Assembly (NCBI GenBank): GCA_964655235.1
Contig: CAZZLX010000002.1
Coordinates: 1 to 48,213 of the forward strand
DNA from: an uncultured Rhizobium sp.
Lineage (GTDB): Bacteria > Pseudomonadota > Alphaproteobacteria > SHVZ01
Direction: 5' to 3'
Length of the DNA: 48,213 bases
The position numbers and the translations under genes are program-made. Within the stretch, counting starts at the first letter, position 1; each line of letters begins with the position of its first letter. Shown piece by piece: positions 43,437-48,213 of the stretch. The notes under the pieces were generated by a model that was not told the origin of the DNA, did no database searches, and saw nothing but the letters and a program-made list of their open reading frames with translations.

Positions 43437-44350
43437 CCGCGTCCGGCGTCTTCAGCGTCCAAGGAAGCCTGATGAGCAAGACCGTCCAGATCGGCCCGCA
43501 CAAGGTGGGCGAGGGGCAGCCGCCGTTCCTGATCGGCGAGATCGGCATCAACCATAACGGCGACGTCGCCGTGGCCAAGAAGCTGGTGGACCTTGCCGTC
43601 GAGCACAAGTTCCACGCAGTCAAGTTCCAGAAGCGGACCGTCGACGTGGTGTTCACGCCCGAGGAGCTGGCACGTCCACGCGAGTCTCCGTTCGGTACCA
43701 CCAACGGCGACTTGAAGCGGGGGCTCGAGTTCGGGCACGGGCAGTACCGCGAGATTGACGCCCATTGCCGCAAGCAGGGCATCCTCTGGTTCGCCTCGCC
43801 ATGGGACGAGGCCAGCGTCGACTTCCTAGAGGCCTTCTCGCCGCCCTGCCACAAGGTGGCATCCGCCAGCCTGACCGACCGTGGCCTGCTGACGCGGCTG
43901 CGGAAGACCGGTCGTCCGGTGATCCTCTCGACCGGCATGAGTACGCTGGCGCAGATCGACGAGGCGGTGAAGACCCTCGGCGACACGCCGCTGGTACTCA
44001 TGCACACCACGTCGACCTATCCGGCCAAGCACGGCGAGCTTAACCTTGCGGTCATCGAGACCTTGCGCAAACGCTACGACGTGCCGGTTGGGTACAGCGG
44101 CCACGAGCCGGACATCATCCCGACGGTGATGGCCGTGGTCGGCTTCGGCGCCTGTGCGGTAGAGCGCCATATCACGCTCGACCGCTCGATGTGGGGCAGT
44201 GATCAGAGCGCCAGCATCGAGCCGCGCGGCATGGAGCTGGTCAGCAAATACATCCGCATCTGGCCGACGGTCCGCGGCGACGGCGTGAAGCAGGTCTATG
44301 CAAGCGAAGAGCCGATCCTCGCCAAGCTTCGTCGGGTCAAGGACTTCTGA
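43433..44350 (+). CDS. NeuB-family nonulosonate (sialic/legionaminic/pseudaminic-type) synthase lacking the C-terminal SAF domain
   Basis: Blocks seen: PPFLIGEIGINHNGDVAVAKKLVDLA....AVKFQKR, ASPWD..SVDFL, HKVASASLTD, PVILSTGMS, MHTTSTYPA, GYSGHE, and ERHITLDRSMWGSDQSASIEP. The protein ends about 35 aa after this block, so no SAF/antifreeze-like domain is present. The start is GTG 43433 (GTGA overlap) or ATG 43472. Confidence 0.85.
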   Translation: MTASGVFSVQGSLMSKTVQIGPHKVGEGQPPFLIGEIGINHNGDVAVAKKLVDLAVEHKFHAVKFQKRTVDVVFTPEELARPRESPFGTTNGDLKRGLEFGHGQYREIDAHCRKQGILWFASPWDEASVDFLEAFSPPCHKVASASLTDRGLLTRLRKTGRPVILSTGMSTLAQIDEAVKTLGDTPLVLMHTTSTYPAKHGELNLAVIETLRKRYDVPVGYSGHEPDIIPTVMAVVGFGACAVERHITLDRSMWGSDQSASIEPRGMELVSKYIRIWPTVRGDGVKQVYASEEPILAKLRRVKDF

Positions 44351-44380
44351 GCGGATGGCTCGGCGCGAGGTGGTGCGGCC

Positions 44381-45493
44381 TTGGACCTGATCCATCTCGC
44401 CAACGTCAACTCGACCAATGTCGGGAACGGCGCCCTGATATGGGGCCTCGAGCGTGTATTCGCCGAGGACCTGCCGCAGGCGAAGCTCCGGCACGCCGCG
44501 TGGGATGACTACACCTTCGAGAAGCTCGCCTTCGATCGTGCTTTCGTCGAGATGGTCAACCGCAGCGACGGGTTGATCGTCAACGGCGCGGTCGCCATCA
44601 ACGGCCGGCCCTATCTTCGCAACGCCGGCTTCCGGCTTGATCTGCCGCTCGCGCTTTGGCGAGAGATCGAGAAGCCGCTCGTGCTCTTTGGGCTCTCCTA
44701 CCGGCACTGGAAGGGGCAGGTCTTCCACCATCAGGATCGGTTCGCGGAGGTCGTCCGCTTCATCCTCGACCACCCGCGCATGATCCTGGCACTCCGCAAC
44801 GACGGCACGCGAGAGTGGCTGTCGACGCTTCTGGGAATTCCGAGTGAGCGTTTCGCCGAGGTGCCGGATACGGGTCTCTTCATCGAGCCCGAGGATGGTC
44901 CGGACCCCGAGATCGTCCCGGGCCGGCTCAACGTCGTGCTTGCCGTGAACAACGAGGACGAGGCGGAGCGCTACGCCGGCGGCCGCAAGGCAGCCGTTCT
45001 CGACGGCGTCGTCAGGACGCTGGTCCATCTCGCCGAACGGCACGATGCCAACCTTATCCTGGCGCCGCACTACCTCGACGACTTCCGCATGATCGGCGAG
45101 ATATTCGAGCGACTGCCGCCCCGCATCGCGCATCAGCACGTGATCACGACGGGCCTCGCGCGGGTCTCGGGCGCGCGCCGTTTCTACGGGCGCTATGCGA
45201 AGGCGGACTTGGTCCTGGCCATGCGTGTGCACGCCATGTCGCCGTCGATCGGCATGGGCGTGCCGCTCGTGGTGCTCTCGTCCCAGGGCCGCATGTCGAC
45301 CTTCCTTCGCAAGCTCGGCCTGGACGATATCGCCGTCGACATTTTCGGCCCGGCCTTCGCCGAGGAGCTCGTTGCCGCGGTGGAGCGCACGATTTCGGCA
45401 CCGGCGGAGAGGCGCAGGCGACTGCTGGCGGCGGCCGCGACGCAGCGGGCGGAGACGCGACAATTCATGGAGCGAGTTCGCGCGCTCTTCTAG
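44381..45493 (+). CDS. Polysaccharide pyruvyl transferase family protein
   Basis: TTG start. Blocks seen: NVGNGALIWGLE, SDGLIVNGAVAI, VLFGLSY, LALRNDGTREWL, VPDTGLF, and ADLVLAMRVHAMSPSIGMGVPLVVLS. These match the PS_pyruv_trans pattern (NxGD, GGG, RD..S, D.a, RlHa.I). Confidence 0.7.
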   Translation: MDLIHLANVNSTNVGNGALIWGLERVFAEDLPQAKLRHAAWDDYTFEKLAFDRAFVEMVNRSDGLIVNGAVAINGRPYLRNAGFRLDLPLALWREIEKPLVLFGLSYRHWKGQVFHHQDRFAEVVRFILDHPRMILALRNDGTREWLSTLLGIPSERFAEVPDTGLFIEPEDGPDPEIVPGRLNVVLAVNNEDEAERYAGGRKAAVLDGVVRTLVHLAERHDANLILAPHYLDDFRMIGEIFERLPPRIAHQHVITTGLARVSGARRFYGRYAKADLVLAMRVHAMSPSIGMGVPLVVLSSQGRMSTFLRKLGLDDIAVDIFGPAFAEELVAAVERTISAPAERRRRLLAAAATQRAETRQFMERVRALF

Positions 45494-46857
45494 GACGATG
45501 CCTTAGCCAGAGAAAAGCTTTTCAGATATTGAGACCAGTAAGCATCAGGGGCCCAGCGTGCACGCACTAGGGCTTGGCCCGCCCGGGCGATGCGGACAGC
45601 TTCCTCTGTGTGTGACAAGTAGTGTGTGATCATCTCTGCTAGCTCATCGACATTCGCGTATGGCACATAGTGGACGAAAGGTTCGAACCACTGGCGAATT
45701 GATTCAGTGGCTTGGTCCATGACCAAAGCGCCACATGCCATTCCTTCGATTGTGCGAGCCTTGATCTGGTTGACAATGGATGGTGGGTGAATGGGATTGT
45801 GCGAAGCGAAGTTGATGGTCAGTCGCGATCTTTGGAGGATGTCGACGTACGCCTCCGTCGACAAACGGCCCCCTTCATAAATCGTGACCGGAACGCCGAG
45901 GTGACGCAACTTCTCTAAAGCGCTCCGGCGATCCGGGAAAAAGCTGACGGTTCCGACGAAGCTTACATCGATGTCGCGCGCCAAGTGGGGGCGTTGAGCA
46001 TAGGTCGTCCAGTCGATCGGAGCGCCTGGACTGCACACGATCTTCTTCGGAAAGAGCGGTCGGGCGAAACGCTCGGGAAGATCCCAGACAACGACGCCTC
46101 GTGCTGCATCGACATAGTCGGCGAAGGCCTTTCGAGGGCCTGGGTAGAGTGCGTCTAGAAACAGCACAGATGTCGAAATCCCGCTCTTCTCAAGGCGCTC
46201 GAGGGTCGTGGGCGAGACGAAGCGCCACCGCTCTTCGTCAAGCTTGGGCGGCACGACGATCACCGTTGCGATCCCGAGTCGATCGACGATTTCATCTAGG
46301 TGACAGTCGACCGGCTTCCCTGTCTCCAGGAACAGCTGGTCGGGATGCAGGACGTAGCCTCGAAGGGTGCGCGCTGCGAGGAGTGATCTTTGCAGCGCAA
46401 TGAGACTGGGCACGAGCGGAAGATCGCTCGGCACGCCTTGGCGGTGCGCGTTCATCACCAGCAGGAGTCCGGTTCCCTGTCGCGCTTCCTGGGAGTGAAC
46501 GACATGATCATGGCCGGTGGTGTTACTCGCCTCTCGGCCCAGGATGCAGCGCCTTTCGAGGCGGGTAGTCGCCGGCTCCTTGCCCTGGAGAAACGAAAGA
46601 AGAAGCGCGCACGCGGCTTCACGCAGCCGCTCGTTCATTCCGGATGAGCAGGCGATGGCCCGCAGAGCGCAACTGGGAGCATCTCCATGGCCGAGTTGTT
46701 TGAGCAGGAGTCCGAAGGACAGGAAGGCTTCGGCATTCGCAGGGTCCACGGCGATAGCCGCCATGAGGAGCGAGGCAGCCGCTGCGGCATTCCCCTCTTT
46801 CGCCCGCGATTTCGCGTCGGCCAGCAGCTTGTCGCCAAAGCTGACCGTCGTTGCCAT
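45490..46857 (-). CDS. Putative glycosyltransferase with a CgeB-like (Glyco_trans_1_2) C-terminal domain
   Basis: C-terminal blocks: IDVSFVGTV..FPDRRSALEKL, SRLTINF, IKARTIEGMACGALVMDQATESIRQWFEPFVHYVPYANVDELAEMITHYLSHTEEAVRIARAGQ. I start it at ATG 46857 (TAATG overlap with the upstream stop); ATG 46872 is the alternative. The gene body is about 47-55% G+C, clearly below the flanks. Confidence 0.6.
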   Translation of the reverse strand: MATTVSFGDKLLADAKSRAKEGNAAAAASLLMAAIAVDPANAEAFLSFGLLLKQLGHGDAPSCALRAIACSSGMNERLREAACALLLSFLQGKEPATTRLERRCILGREASNTTGHDHVVHSQEARQGTGLLLVMNAHRQGVPSDLPLVPSLIALQRSLLAARTLRGYVLHPDQLFLETGKPVDCHLDEIVDRLGIATVIVVPPKLDEERWRFVSPTTLERLEKSGISTSVLFLDALYPGPRKAFADYVDAARGVVVWDLPERFARPLFPKKIVCSPGAPIDWTTYAQRPHLARDIDVSFVGTVSFFPDRRSALEKLRHLGVPVTIYEGGRLSTEAYVDILQRSRLTINFASHNPIHPPSIVNQIKARTIEGMACGALVMDQATESIRQWFEPFVHYVPYANVDELAEMITHYLSHTEEAVRIARAGQALVRARWAPDAYWSQYLKSFSLAKASS

Positions 46858-48213
46858 TAGACAGGCGTCCACAGGTGGTTCGATAAAGCAGAGCGGACGG
46901 AGTCTATTACATCAGACCAGGCGCCAGGACGGCTTTGTCGGAATAAACGCAAAGTCGGATACCAGGGACTATCGTCGCGCCCGGTAAGCCAGCGCCAGCA
47001 GTGATCGGTGCGCGATAGCACCCATACCGGCCGCCCGAGCGCACCAGCGAGATGCGCGACGGCGGTGTCGACTGTCAGCACCAGATCAAGATTAGCGACC
47101 AGCGCTGCGGTCTCGTCGAAGTCGGTGAGCAGCGGCGCAAGATCCCTGACCGGAAGCGGGGAGTCGGCTATTTCCGCGGCTGCGCGCCCGACCTGCAGCG
47201 AGAAGAACGCGACGTCGGCAATTTCATCGAGCGGCGCGAAGGACGAGAGCGGTAGCGATCGGCGCCGGTCCGTCTCGGCCGCAGTGCGGTCCTCGGGTCG
47301 CGGATTCCCGGCCCAGGCGAGCCCGATGCGACGCCGGTCCGGCGCCAACGAGTGCAGGCGCGTCTTCCAGGCCGCAACCTTCGCCGGATCCGGCGAGAGA
47401 TAAGGCGCCGCGCCTGGGATGCTTGCGGCCGAGAGGCCGAGCAGTGCCGGCAGGTCGAGGAGCGCGGCGCGCCGGTCGTGCGCCGGTCGGCTCGCGGGCG
47501 CCGGAAAATCCGGACGGCGTCCGCACACTTCGATTCCAGGAAGGCTGCGGGCGAGGAGGGACTGCAGTTCCGGTTGCACTTCGAGAACAACGCGTCGCGC
47601 ACGCTTTGCCGCCAGCGGCGCAAGACGACAGAATTGCAGCGTATCGCCGAAACCCTGCTCGGCGATGAGAAGCAGTGTGCCGTCGAACGGCTCCCCGTCC
47701 CAGGAAATGCCCGCGAGTCCCTCGGTAAGGGCGGAGAAGGCCGGCATCCGCCAGCGCCAGGCGTAGTCGGCGAAGCCGCGATCGAAGTCGCCGAGCGCGA
47801 GGCGAGCCCAGCCGCGGTTCTGCCGGCCGGTGACGTGGTCCGGACGCAGCGCCACGGTGCGGTCGTAAAAGCGAAGAGCGGTCAAATAGTCGGAGTAGCG
47901 TGCGGCGAGAGTGCCGAGGTCGAGGTGTGCGTCCGCGAAGTCGGGAACTAAAACCGCGGCTTGTCTGAGCGCCTCCGAGGCGGTCGCCAGGTCGCCGAGG
48001 CGCAGCGCCGCCAGTCCGAGATTGTGGAGGAAGGCGGCATCGTTCGGAACGAGGGACAGCGACCGGCAAATTTCGGCCGGGATGGTCGCAACATCGGCGC
48101 GATCGAGGCGAAGCATGCCGAGAAGATTGCATGCGTCGGGATCGTCGGGCTGATCGGCGATGTGCTGTCTTAGGAGTCTGGCTGCGGATTTGGTATCTCC
48201 GGCATTGAGGGCT
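46857..48213 (-). CDS. TPR-repeat protein fused to a GT9 (heptosyltransferase-like) domain, 5'-truncated by the window edge
   Basis: The frame stays open upstream of the listed Met at 48116 to the window end (…ALNAGDTKSAARLLRQHIADQPDDPDACNLLGMLRL…). Blocks seen: AEQGFGDTLQFCRLAP, IGLAWAGNP, FDETAALVANLDLVLTVDTAVAHLAGALGRPVW, and RWLTGRDDSPWYPTLRLFRQ. Confidence 0.8.
   Translation of the reverse strand, partial: ALNAGDTKSAARLLRQHIADQPDDPDACNLLGMLRLDRADVATIPAEICRSLSLVPNDAAFLHNLGLAALRLGDLATASEALRQAAVLVPDFADAHLDLGTLAARYSDYLTALRFYDRTVALRPDHVTGRQNRGWARLALGDFDRGFADYAWRWRMPAFSALTEGLAGISWDGEPFDGTLLLIAEQGFGDTLQFCRLAPLAAKRARRVVLEVQPELQSLLARSLPGIEVCGRRPDFPAPASRPAHDRRAALLDLPALLGLSAASIPGAAPYLSPDPAKVAAWKTRLHSLAPDRRRIGLAWAGNPRPEDRTAAETDRRRSLPLSSFAPLDEIADVAFFSLQVGRAAAEIADSPLPVRDLAPLLTDFDETAALVANLDLVLTVDTAVAHLAGALGRPVWVLSRTDHCWRWLTGRDDSPWYPTLRLFRQSRPGAWSDVIDSVRSALSNHLWTPV

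Noticed and set aside
43826-45463. 545-aa ORF antisense to the NeuB-like and pyruvyl transferase genes
   Set aside because: It is a shadow frame crossing a gene boundary, with no motifs and an R/G/D/A-rich product.
1-48213. CRISPR arrays, tRNA/rRNA genes, IS elements with terminal inverted repeats, toxin-antitoxin or known defence systems
   Set aside because: I saw no spaced direct-repeat arrays, cloverleaf-like conserved tRNA segments, transposase-like ORFs or defence-gene signatures while reading either strand. The coding density of the annotated genes leaves almost no unexplained space.

Overview
The window is about 67% G+C and looks alphaproteobacterial. It reads as part of a plasmid or integrative element, with a 5'-truncated repA at the left edge and an integrase, a DUF1612-like gene, parA and an RHH partner gene at 29.1-33.6 kb. 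Almost all remaining coding capacity is devoted to glycosylation. I support 38 tightly packed genes.

Glycosyltransferases and export:
- Six diverged TPR + GT41 (OGT/FlmG-like) proteins.
- Four TPR + GT9 (heptosyltransferase-like) proteins.
- Two divergently transcribed Maf (DUF115) proteins.
- Four GT4/CgeB-like GT-B proteins.
- A full-length but motif-divergent SecA paralog at the head of a TPR-GT operon.
- One Sel1-repeat protein, the only product here with a Sec signal peptide.

Sugar biosynthesis and modification:
- A nonulosonic-acid module: KdsC-like phosphatase, NeuA-like cytidylyltransferase, Gfo/Idh/MocA oxidoreductase, SDR, and a NeuB-like synthase lacking the SAF domain.
- An acetamidino module: GNAT, HisF-like, HisH-like and WbuX/PseA-like amidotransferase.
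- A pyruvyl transferase.

Main hypothesis: this is a replicon-borne cytoplasmic protein-glycosylation system coupled to a dedicated accessory SecA. It would be conceptually parallel to Gram-positive SecA2 glycoprotein export, but built from FlmG/OGT-like, GT9-like and Maf-like enzymes. No flagellin, SecY2 or obvious substrate gene lies in the window.

Other notable items are a tyrosine recombinase fused to a DUF2971 domain, a 10-bp direct repeat bracketing the integrase module, repeated motifs upstream of parA, and two low-G+C patches. I found no tRNA, rRNA or CRISPR array.

All family calls come from motif recognition by eye; no searches were run. Many long ORFs in the supplied track are GC-rich shadow frames and were rejected.
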